Virus record (IMG/VR): IMGVR_UViG_3300023174_000061
Length of the DNA: 64,000 nt
Direction: 5' to 3' (one strand)
Source: a virus
Shown: positions 7,702 through 14,747 of the stretch, piece after piece
Position numbering within the stretch: position 1 is the stretch's first letter
Layout: each line of letters starts with the position of its first letter
Notes under the pieces: generated by a model
The model's input: the letters and a program-made list of their open reading frames with translations, nothing else
Told to the model about the DNA's origin: nothing
Databases searched by the model: none
Program-made: the position numbers and the translations under genes

Positions 7702-7775
7702 GCCCCCATAGTTATAGCAGTTAAAATAATCGCCTTGTAAGCGATAGTCGCGGGTGCAAATCCTCGCTGGGGGCT
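7702..7775 (+). tRNA. tRNA-Thr(UGU), atypical
   Basis: Acceptor stem GCCCCCA/TGGGGGC; anticodon arm ATCGC-CTTGTAA-GCGAT; T arm GCGGG-TGCAAAT-CCTCGC; no encoded CCA. Confidence 0.8.
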
Positions 7776-7791
7776 TTTATACTTTATACGA

Positions 7792-7850
7792 CGTGCCACT
7801 TGTAGCACTGTCCCTATAATTCACCAAAGGCACCTAAAACGTGCTACAAT
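7792..7850 (+). promoter_or_regulatory. Early palindrome-promoter element, copy 7
   Basis: CGTGCCACT-TGTAGC-ACTGTCCCT, 29 nt, then TACAAT. Confidence 0.8.
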
Positions 7851-7871
7851 ACTTGTATTGAATTGATTTTG

Positions 7872-9101
7872 ATGCTTACCCTTCTTAACTATCAACAACG
7901 CACTCTGGATGCCATTAAAGAGCACAACAAGGGTTGCGTGTATATTCCTACTGGTGGTGGGAAGACTGTTGTGATGAAAGAGGACATCAAACAACGGTTG
8001 TTGAATGCAACTGAACCAATGACTGTTGTAGTTGTTGCTCCTCGTATTCTTCTTGCTAATCAACTCTGCTCCGAGTTTGAAGAGTATCTTGGTGAGTTTG
8101 ATATTGTGTATATGCACGTTCATAGTGGTGAAACTCATCACGTTTCTTCTACACATCCTGGTGTGATTGTGGAGCAGAATGAACTTGCAAAGTTATTCAA
8201 CAAGCATCACTTCATCTTCACCACCTATAACTCTTTGGGTCGTGTGAATGATGCTAAAATCAGTGTTGATGTTGTTTATTTTGATGAAGCACATCATTGT
8301 GTGAAACCAAGCAACTTTGTTGGTATTGCTCACACTTCCAAGTATGCTGATAATGCTTATTTCTTCACGGCAACTCCCAAGTTCACAAATGCAGAGCAAT
8401 CAATGAATAATACTGCTGTGTATGGAGAAAAAATCATCTCTATTCCAGCACAAGAGTTGATTGATGTTGGTAGTATCATTCCTCCTCGTATTCATACTTA
8501 CGAAGCAAAGACCATTCGCACTAAAGAGAATGCTGCTTATGTGGATGCAGAGAATATCATTGGTATTCTCAATGATATGGATGATGATGCTCCCAAAGTT
8601 CTTGTTGCTGCTCCTAGCACTCGTGTGATTTGGGATATGTTCACTGAAAGTGATTTGCTACAACAACTCAATGATATGGGTTATGCTGTGCTTCACGTTA
8701 CATCCAAACACGGTGCTTATGTGAATAAGCAGAAGGTTAGTCGTGAGAAATTCTTTGAGATTATGACTGAGTTTGGTAATGACCCTCAACAAAAGTTCAT
8801 TGTGTTTCATTATTCTATTCTTTCTGAAGGAATGAACGTACACGGACTTACACATTGTATTATGCTGCGTAATCTTCCTGTGATTGAGATGGCACAGACG
8901 ATTGGTCGTGTTATCCGTATGAACAAGGATGATCGTAAAGATATTCAAGATGGTAAGATTGCTGCTGGTCAGTTTGCATTCTATCGCAAACCATTCGGCA
9001 CTATTACTGTTCCTGTGCAGAATAACTATGGTGATAAGATTGCTCGGCAACTTGAGAACGTGGTCAATGCTATTTTTGTGAAAGGAGAGTTGTGTGTATA
9101 G
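7872..9101 (+). CDS. SF2 DEAH-box helicase (type III restriction Res-like)
   Basis: PTGGGKT, FDEAH, FTATP, LSEG, QTIGRVIR; start at ATG 7872. Confidence 0.9.
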   Translation: MLTLLNYQQRTLDAIKEHNKGCVYIPTGGGKTVVMKEDIKQRLLNATEPMTVVVVAPRILLANQLCSEFEEYLGEFDIVYMHVHSGETHHVSSTHPGVIVEQNELAKLFNKHHFIFTTYNSLGRVNDAKISVDVVYFDEAHHCVKPSNFVGIAHTSKYADNAYFFTATPKFTNAEQSMNNTAVYGEKIISIPAQELIDVGSIIPPRIHTYEAKTIRTKENAAYVDAENIIGILNDMDDDAPKVLVAAPSTRVIWDMFTESDLLQQLNDMGYAVLHVTSKHGAYVNKQKVSREKFFEIMTEFGNDPQQKFIVFHYSILSEGMNVHGLTHCIMLRNLPVIEMAQTIGRVIRMNKDDRKDIQDGKIAAGQFAFYRKPFGTITVPVQNNYGDKIARQLENVVNAIFVKGELCV

Positions 9102-9129
9102 ATAATTGTATCTGTCCCACATATAATCT

Positions 9130-9294
9130 ATGCCTTTCACAAAGAAATTTCCACAATCAGGTGAAACCACACACATACGAGTTCCAAAAGTTTATGCTGA
9201 GTTAATTTTGGAACTGATGGTTACATTAGACAATCGTTTTGATGTAGATAAGGGCAAACACCTACTAAAGAAGTTTATACACAATCTAACGTGA
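9130..9294 (+). CDS. Small putative ribbon-helix-helix DNA-binding protein (54 aa)
   Basis: MPFTKKFPQSGETTHIRVPKVYAELILELMVTLD...; strand-Pro-helix pattern. Confidence 0.55.
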   Translation: MPFTKKFPQSGETTHIRVPKVYAELILELMVTLDNRFDVDKGKHLLKKFIHNLT

Positions 9295-9308
9295 GACCAA
9301 TGATACGA

Positions 9309-9380
9309 TGTGCCACTTGTAGCACTGTCCCTATAATCGACCAAACCCCCCTGACCCGTGCTATGATTACGGAGTAATCA
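9309..9380 (+). promoter_or_regulatory. Early palindrome-promoter element, copy 8
   Basis: TGTGCCACT-TGTAGC-ACTGTCCCT, 29 nt, TATGAT, then TGATTAC-GGA-GTAATCA palindrome. Confidence 0.85.
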
Positions 9381-9391
9381 AGAGAAAACCG

Positions 9392-9589
9392 ATGCCTGTT
9401 GTTCCTGGTTTTACTTTCAATGAGGAAACTGAAATGATTTCAGCACTTTATAGTGCTGTTGCACTGATGAAACGTTATGAAGAAGAGTCTGTTGATAATA
9501 AAAGTTATTGGAGGCAACGTATAGAAGATTATACAAACGTTGCTGATAAGTTTTCTAATGCCTGCCGCAATGCCATTTACAATGTCTGA
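9392..9589 (+). CDS. Hypothetical protein
   Basis: 65-aa ORF after the promoter. Confidence 0.75.
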   Translation: MPVVPGFTFNEETEMISALYSAVALMKRYEEESVDNKSYWRQRIEDYTNVADKFSNACRNAIYNV

Positions 9590-9746
9590 TATTCAAGAAG
9601 CACTGACCGACAAACAACTGAATACTTTGCGTGATATGTTGTATCACTACAAAGAGTTTCAGGAAGAACTCTATGACTATCCTGAACCTGATACTTTATT
9701 CACTCAAACACAACGAGAACTCTTCACTCTTCTAGACATTGTATGA
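9582..9746 (+). CDS. Small acidic protein
   Basis: Start reassigned to ATG 9582 (MSDIQEALTD...). Confidence 0.7.
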   Translation: MSDIQEALTDKQLNTLRDMLYHYKEFQEELYDYPEPDTLFTQTQRELFTLLDIV

Positions 9747-10003
9747 GCAAACTTCTTGACCTGATTGAACAAAGAGCAATCAAACAATCACGTTTTTCTA
9801 ACACTTCTAACACTATGTCATCTTCTTCTGGTATTAGTTTTCCTGGTGCTCTGACTGTATTGTTTATTGGTCTCAAACTGACTAACGTTATTACTTGGTC
9901 TTGGTGGTGGGTATTGTCTCCTATTTGGATTAGTCTTTCACTTGCAGTTGTAGTTATTGCTATTGCTGTTATCATTGCTATTATTGCTGAATCTTTCAAA
10001 TGA
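9743..10003 (+). CDS. Phage membrane protein (transmembrane Fragile-X-F-like family)
   Basis: GISFPGALTVLFIGLKLTNVITWSWWWVLSPIW signature. Confidence 0.8.
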   Translation: MSKLLDLIEQRAIKQSRFSNTSNTMSSSSGISFPGALTVLFIGLKLTNVITWSWWWVLSPIWISLSLAVVVIAIAVIIAIIAESFK

Positions 10004-10176
10004 CTTACAAAGAACTTCTTGCTGAACTTCAACAACTCAATGATGAGCAACTCAATCAGGATGTTGCAGTTTATGATGAAGGCACCGATGAGTATTATCA
10101 ACTCAATGTAGAGTTAGTGTTTGCGACTGATGCACAAGATGTGCTTGATGTAGACCACCCTATCATTCGTTTCTAA
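10000..10176 (+). CDS. Small acidic protein (58 aa)
   Basis: MTYKELLAELQQLNDEQLNQDVAVYD...DVLDVDHPIIRF*. Confidence 0.75.
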   Translation: MTYKELLAELQQLNDEQLNQDVAVYDEGTDEYYQLNVELVFATDAQDVLDVDHPIIRF

Positions 10177-10442
10177 TGGAATTCTCTAAAATCCTCACAC
10201 TATCAACAGCACATCTTCATCCTTTAGAGGCACAAAAGATTGATAAGGTTTCTTATATTCATAGTGATACTTGTTCTCTGGTGAATGCTGACCCAGAAAT
10301 GTATGAGTTTTATATTGAAGAAAGTATGCCTTGTCTGGTAGATTTGCTGAAATCAGTTAATGAGCAATACGATGATGTTGTTTATGTGTTATTTGATGCT
10401 GATGCAAATGTAGAGGATGTGTTTAGGAAATATGATTGGTGA
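10176..10442 (+). CDS. Hypothetical phage protein
   Basis: LTLSTAHL...YVLFDADA...YDW pattern. Confidence 0.8.
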   Translation: MEFSKILTLSTAHLHPLEAQKIDKVSYIHSDTCSLVNADPEMYEFYIEESMPCLVDLLKSVNEQYDDVVYVLFDADANVEDVFRKYDW

Positions 10443-10675
10443 TGATGACAACTTCTATTAAACAAACAATTATGACACAAATTTCATTCACATCTGGTGA
10501 GTTGTATGATATTATCTCTGCTCTTCAACTTGTAGAAGAAGGAGTATATGATGATGGAGATCATCAAGGTGCTGCTTATTATCAAAATATGATTCAACAA
10601 TTTGAACTCATTTTTGATAAGTTGCAAGAACACGCAGGAGAGGATAAAGTAGCACAACTTGTGCTTGCTGCCTGA
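10436..10675 (+). CDS. Hypothetical protein
   Basis: 79-aa ORF (true start may be downstream). Confidence 0.7.
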   Translation: MVMMTTSIKQTIMTQISFTSGELYDIISALQLVEEGVYDDGDHQGAAYYQNMIQQFELIFDKLQEHAGEDKVAQLVLAA

Positions 10676-10680
10676 CCCTG

Positions 10681-10752
10681 TGTGCCACTTGTAGCACTGT
10701 CCATATAATCCCCCATAGCACCCGATCCCGTGCTATGATTACGGAGTAATCA
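10681..10752 (+). promoter_or_regulatory. Early palindrome-promoter element, copy 9
   Basis: TGTGCCACT-TGTAGC-ACTGTCCAT, 29 nt, TATGAT, then TGATTACGGAGTAATCA. Confidence 0.85.
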
Positions 10753-10763
10753 AAAGAAAACCA

Positions 10764-11183
10764 ATGTCTGTCCCTTTCACTATGAATTACAAAGAAGTTT
10801 ACGAACAGGAAACTGTTGATAAAATTGAAGAACTTCTAGAAGATTCTTATTCTCTGGAAGATATTGTAGAGTTTATTGATGCGAACTCTGAAGCAGATTT
10901 CCGCAATTTTTATGAAGAGTATGTGACTGTTGGTGAGGAGTATTCTTACGAAGCAGTCGATGCTTTCATTGAAGAGTTTGGTCTTCATTCTTTCACTTTT
11001 TCTTGTTTTGAAGATGCTTATCGTGGGCAATGGGAATCCAAAGCACATTATGCAGAGAATTATGTAAGTGATTGTTATGTTGTTGATCTTCCTAGTTTTG
11101 TAGAAGTTGATTGGGAAGCATCATTTGAAAATCTGGATGTTATTTTCAACGGCAATGGTTATGTGTTTAGCACTCAATTCTGA
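10764..11183 (+). CDS. ArdA-like antirestriction (DNA-mimic) protein
   Basis: Very acidic; FEDAYRGQWES...YAENY...VDWEA...GYVF matches the ArdA C-terminal pattern. Confidence 0.7.
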   Translation: MSVPFTMNYKEVYEQETVDKIEELLEDSYSLEDIVEFIDANSEADFRNFYEEYVTVGEEYSYEAVDAFIEEFGLHSFTFSCFEDAYRGQWESKAHYAENYVSDCYVVDLPSFVEVDWEASFENLDVIFNGNGYVFSTQF

Positions 11184-11186
11184 ATT

Positions 11187-11429
11187 ATGAAACTGCAATC
11201 TAAGACTGGTTCAATGGTGGTTGATTTTTATCCAATCAAAACACCAATGGGTAATGTATCCAAAGAGTGGTTTCTAAAAACTCTTACATTTCAAGGTGAA
11301 ACACAATCCAAGAAGTTTGTAAATCGCATTGAGATGAGTCTTGAAGTTGAGAACTATCTCAATCATTCAATTCCTTATGAGGTTGTAGAGTTTAATACAA
11401 TTCCACAACTTGCAAATCCATTTGCCTAG
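11187..11429 (+). CDS. Hypothetical cyanophage protein
   Basis: 80-aa ORF, MKLQSKTGSMVVDFYP. Confidence 0.8.
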   Translation: MKLQSKTGSMVVDFYPIKTPMGNVSKEWFLKTLTFQGETQSKKFVNRIEMSLEVENYLNHSIPYEVVEFNTIPQLANPFA

Positions 11430-11462
11430 TGTAACACGTCCCATATGAGACGCATTATACGA

Positions 11463-11535
11463 TGTGCCAGTAATCCTTCTGGCACATTATACCCCCCAAA
11501 CCCCCCTGACCCGTGCTATGATTACGGAGTAATCA
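11463..11535 (+). promoter_or_regulatory. Early palindrome-promoter element, copy 10
   Basis: TGTGCCAGT-N6-TCTGGCACA, 30 nt, TATGAT, then TGATTACGGAGTAATCA. Confidence 0.85.
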
Positions 11536-11545
11536 ACCAAAGCAG

Positions 11546-11728
11546 ATGACTGAACTGACTACACGAGAAAAGATGGAAAAGTATTTCCTTCTCAATCTTA
11601 TTTCTCTGATTGATGAGGTGCAAGGTAAAACAAAATTGCCTTCACAGTTCACACAAAAGAAAAGGTCTGCTTATAATAAACAGATCAAATCACAAAAACA
11701 AGATCAATCTGCATTTGCCTCTATCTAA
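11546..11728 (+). CDS. Hypothetical protein
   Basis: 60-aa ORF after the promoter. Confidence 0.7.
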   Translation: MTELTTREKMEKYFLLNLISLIDEVQGKTKLPSQFTQKKRSAYNKQIKSQKQDQSAFASI

Positions 11729-11934
11729 TGACTGATGAACAATTAAATGATCAAATGCATATTACATTCGATCAAATTGATAAAAGATTTCATAAACTTA
11801 TTGATAAGAAAGGAAAGAAGCATAGACACAATGCCCGAGCAATCTTTTATGAATGGGGAGAAATCTTTACTCATGAAGATCACGAAGGACCAGTAGAAAT
11901 CCTCTGGGTGCCTGACTTTAATCAATTCCTTTAA
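11728..11934 (+). CDS. Hypothetical protein
   Basis: 68-aa ORF, TAATG coupling. Confidence 0.75.
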   Translation: MTDEQLNDQMHITFDQIDKRFHKLIDKKGKKHRHNARAIFYEWGEIFTHEDHEGPVEILWVPDFNQFL

Positions 11935-11945
11935 ATCTTATTGAA

Positions 11946-12086
11946 ATGAAAAAGTTCATCTTTCAACATTGCAATACCAAACACATTAAGACTATTGTTG
12001 CTAAAAACGAATATAAAGCACATACTCAAAACTTCGGTAATCTTGCTGGATATAAACTGACTCAAGTTCTTTCTTTCTCTAACTAA
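11946..12086 (+). CDS. Small hypothetical protein (46 aa)
   Basis: Hand-translated MKKFIFQHCNTKHIKTIVAKNE... Confidence 0.6.
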   Translation: MKKFIFQHCNTKHIKTIVAKNEYKAHTQNFGNLAGYKLTQVLSFSN

Positions 12087-12214
12087 TGACTATCCGTTTC
12101 ACCTACGACATTAACACTCAACAAAAGGTTTATGCCGTATGTAACACCAATGGTGAATGTAAGTATATCACTACATCCATCACTGATGCTATTAAACTCT
12201 GCCAACAAAACTAA
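12086..12214 (+). CDS. Small hypothetical protein (42 aa)
   Basis: MTIRFTYDINTQQKVYAVC...; TAATG coupling at both ends. Confidence 0.65.
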   Translation: MTIRFTYDINTQQKVYAVCNTNGECKYITTSITDAIKLCQQN

Positions 12215-12417
12215 TGCTTATCCTACACAAAGAAGATCACGGTGCTGTTTATACGTTAGGTGAAGACTATGAACTATTTCATACTCCTATCTACACTGAT
12301 AACACAATTAACCTGAATGAGTTTATACCAGTAGATCTTGATAGTTGTGATGATGAATACGAAGTTCTAGATATTCAAAATGAACTGATTGCTGCTTTAT
12401 CTAATGTGCGATACTGA
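12214..12417 (+). CDS. Acidic hypothetical protein
   Basis: 67-aa ORF, last gene of the early cluster. Confidence 0.7.
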   Translation: MLILHKEDHGAVYTLGEDYELFHTPIYTDNTINLNEFIPVDLDSCDDEYEVLDIQNELIAALSNVRY

Positions 12418-12620
12418 GACTATCTCTCATCTCTCTCACACTCTATTCCTTATGCTCATAAGTATAGATTATCAATTACAACACAATTACGTTACATTTC
12501 ATAATTAAATTAAATGTATTAAAAAACATAGTTACGTGTTTTGTGTCTTGATATATAATGGTTATTATAAAGGTCCTTATACCCTTATAAATGCCTCTAG
12601 TCCTTGTTGTCTAAGCGAGC

Positions 12621-12649
12621 ATTCTACCATAAGAATCAAAAAATGTCAA
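12621..12649 (-). promoter_or_regulatory. Leftward sigma70-type promoter
   Basis: Minus strand TTGACA-17 nt-TAGAAT with TGn extension. Confidence 0.7.
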
Positions 12650-12712
12650 GTGCCTCACAGACACTCACAGGACTGGCACAGAGCATCTTGACTTATTATA
12701 AGACTTATGCTC

Positions 12713-12881
12713 TGTGGAGAAATAGTTTTCCACAGGTTTCAGTAGTTTTCTATAGGGGAAGTCGTTAGTTTTCCACAGGCAAAGTTTTCCACAGGTTTAT
12801 AAGCATTCGTAGTGTTTGCAAGGGTTTATAAAATTCGTCCTGTGGAAAACTATTCAAAACCTGTGGAAAACCTGTGGAAAA
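12713..12881. repeat. Cluster of TTTTCCACA (cyanobacterial DnaA-box consensus) repeats
   Basis: Forward at 12726, 12769, 12785; reverse at 12841, 12862, 12873; degenerate at 12713 and 12746; extended unit GTTTTCCACAGG. Confidence 0.85.
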
Positions 12882-12883
12882 CT

Positions 12884-13014
12884 CTTCGTGGTCCATAACA
12901 CTTCGTCATAAGACTTCGTTATACATAAGAGTTCGTTATAACACTTCGTTATACTCACAACGCACACATACATTCGTCTTATGTTATAACAACACAATAG
13001 TTTCGTTATAAGAC
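12884..13014. repeat. Short degenerate tandem repeats TTCGTTATA(A)
   Basis: About 7 copies, several spaced 13-17 nt apart. Confidence 0.75.
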
Positions 13015-13016
13015 CA

Positions 13017-13229
13017 CTCCCCCTATGGTTTGCAATTCTTTCAGTCCTGTGCTATACTATTCGTTGTACACAGTTCTGTGTACTATCTTGTAGTCCCCTT
13101 ATCTTATACCTTATAAGCACTTCGTGATTATTGCCCTCTCCCCCTATGGTTTGCAATTACAATCACACAGTGTTACATAAGCACTTATATCCTCCCCGTT
13201 CGTTATAGCACCTCTCCCCCTATGGTTTG
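13017..13229. repeat. Three direct repeats CTCCCCCTATGGTTTG
   Basis: Copies at 13017, 13138, 13214. Confidence 0.85.
13030..13058 (+). promoter_or_regulatory. Rightward sigma70-type promoter
   Basis: TTGCAA-17 nt-TATACT with TGn extension. Confidence 0.6.
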
Positions 13230-13495
13230 TATTATAATCAAACAGTAATGAATATAAACTATTCGTGATTGTTCGTCTATTATAATACAACAGCACTGTT
13301 TGACAGTTATATTTTGTGTTGTTGTATTCTTATTATAAACCGTTGCCCCCGTATATAAGATTAATGGGTCCCTGTAGTCTACACAGTCTTGCTTTTGGCA
13401 GTCAAATACAGTTAAATATAAAAAAAATTCCAGCAAAATTTTTCCAAGTATAAGGAATTGAAAAGATATATAATAAAAAATGCCCTGAGAGAACA

Positions 13496-13648
13496 ATGAG
13501 ATTAGATTTTGATGATTATGAGAGAGATATGTTAATTGATACAATTCAGCATCGATTAGATACTGATAAGATCTTAGTTATCAATGATAGTTTAAGGGAG
13601 GAGATTGAGGATTTGCTACGAAAGGTAGAGGAGAATGAATACTTATAA
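13496..13648 (+). CDS. Small hypothetical protein (50 aa)
   Basis: MRLDFDDYERDMLIDTIQHRLDTDK... Confidence 0.7.
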   Translation: MRLDFDDYERDMLIDTIQHRLDTDKILVINDSLREEIEDLLRKVEENEYL

Positions 13649-13805
13649 TATTTCAGTCAATGGGAATGAGATATTAAGTCAAGTACCGCAGAGTAATTTA
13701 CAGGATAATCTGAGAATTATCAGAGGACTTGTATGGACATCTGGGGGTAATGATGGGGATATTCAGGTAGAGATAAATAAGGATGAAACCATTTGCAATG
13801 AATGA
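13635..13805 (+). CDS. Small hypothetical protein (56 aa)
   Basis: GAGGAG RBS; MNTYNISVNGNEILSQVPQ... Confidence 0.7.
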   Translation: MNTYNISVNGNEILSQVPQSNLQDNLRIIRGLVWTSGGNDGDIQVEINKDETICNE

Positions 13806-13821
13806 TTTGCTGTGGTAAAAT
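13793..13821 (+). promoter_or_regulatory. Sigma70-type (host-like) promoter
   Basis: TTGCAA-17 nt-TAAAAT with TGn extension, upstream of 13847. Confidence 0.65.
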
Positions 13822-13846
13822 AATGTAGTATCGAAAAAATTATTTT

Positions 13847-14596
13847 ATGTCTAAAGGATTTACGGTAAAGGCAAAACTTCCAACAGGACCTGTTGAGGGA
13901 GAGTTTAATTTAGAAGCAGCAAAAGAAATGATTCGTGGGAAGTCAATTGTATTTTGTCTTCCAGGACGAGGAGTATCTTACATTTACTTGAAGAACTTTG
14001 TGCAACTTTGTTTTGATTTAGTGCAGAATGGTGCAAGTATTCAGATTAGTCAAGATTATAGTTCAATGGTAAACTTTGCTAGGTGCAAGGTACTTGGTGC
14101 GAATGTACTCAGGGGACCGAAGCAAATTCCTTGGGACGGCAAGTTGCAATATGATTATCAACTCTGGATTGATAGTGATATTGTATTTGACACTGAGAAG
14201 TTCTATCGTCTTGTTGCAATGGATAAGGATATTGCTGCTGGATGGTATTGCACTGAGGATGGTCACACCACATCTGTTGCCCATTGGTTGGAGGAGGATG
14301 ATTTCCGTAAGTCTGGTGGTGTAATGAATCATGAGACATTAGAAACAATTCAGAAACGTCGTAAACCATTTACAGTAGATTACACTGGATTTGGATGGGT
14401 ATTGATTAAGAATGGAGTATTTGAGAGTCTTGAGTATCCATGGTTTGCACCGAAGATGCAAGTCTTTGAATCTGGAGAGGTTCAAGATATGTGTGGAGAG
14501 GATGTAAGTTTCTGTTTGGATGCAAAAGAGCAAGGATATGAGATTTGGTGTGATCCTTTGATTCGTGTTGGACACGAGAAGACACGGATTATCTGA
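13847..14596 (+). CDS. GT-A fold glycosyltransferase-like protein
   Basis: WIDSDIVF (DxD), TGFGWVLI, GEDVSFC, VGHEK. Confidence 0.8.
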   Translation: MSKGFTVKAKLPTGPVEGEFNLEAAKEMIRGKSIVFCLPGRGVSYIYLKNFVQLCFDLVQNGASIQISQDYSSMVNFARCKVLGANVLRGPKQIPWDGKLQYDYQLWIDSDIVFDTEKFYRLVAMDKDIAAGWYCTEDGHTTSVAHWLEEDDFRKSGGVMNHETLETIQKRRKPFTVDYTGFGWVLIKNGVFESLEYPWFAPKMQVFESGEVQDMCGEDVSFCLDAKEQGYEIWCDPLIRVGHEKTRII

Positions 14597-14644
14597 TAAG
14601 TGTATAGAAGGTCTTTCTTGACCTTCTTCAAGACGTTATGATAG

Positions 14645-14688
14645 AATGCTTCTATGAGGTTTTGAAAGTCTTGTAGAAGCATTTTTTA
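14645..14688 (+). terminator. Long hairpin plus T-tract, probable intrinsic terminator
   Basis: AATGCTTCTA...TAGAAGCATT followed by a T run. Confidence 0.55.
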
Positions 14689-14747
14689 ATGGCTTTGGAG
14701 ATCTTATAAAAACCCCCTTATAAAAACCGTTAGATGGAGAATTATCG

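Larger units (their letters stand above)
12418..13490. other. Large non-coding region, putative replication origin
   Basis: No credible ORF; AT-rich tract, DnaA-box-like repeats, other repeat families, divergent promoters, skew change. Confidence 0.55.

Noticed and set aside
2680-11536. CRISPR array interpretation of the palindromic repeats
   Set aside because: Copies are 0.6-1.5 kb apart with whole genes between them, are degenerate, and there are no cas genes
2680-11536. Classical integron/attC or IS ends
   Set aside because: No integrase or transposase in the window, no GTTRRRY/RYYYAAC cores, no target-site duplications seen
13203-13544. 113-aa minus-strand ORF
   Set aside because: Low-complexity translation across repeats, against the strand of all real genes, no RBS
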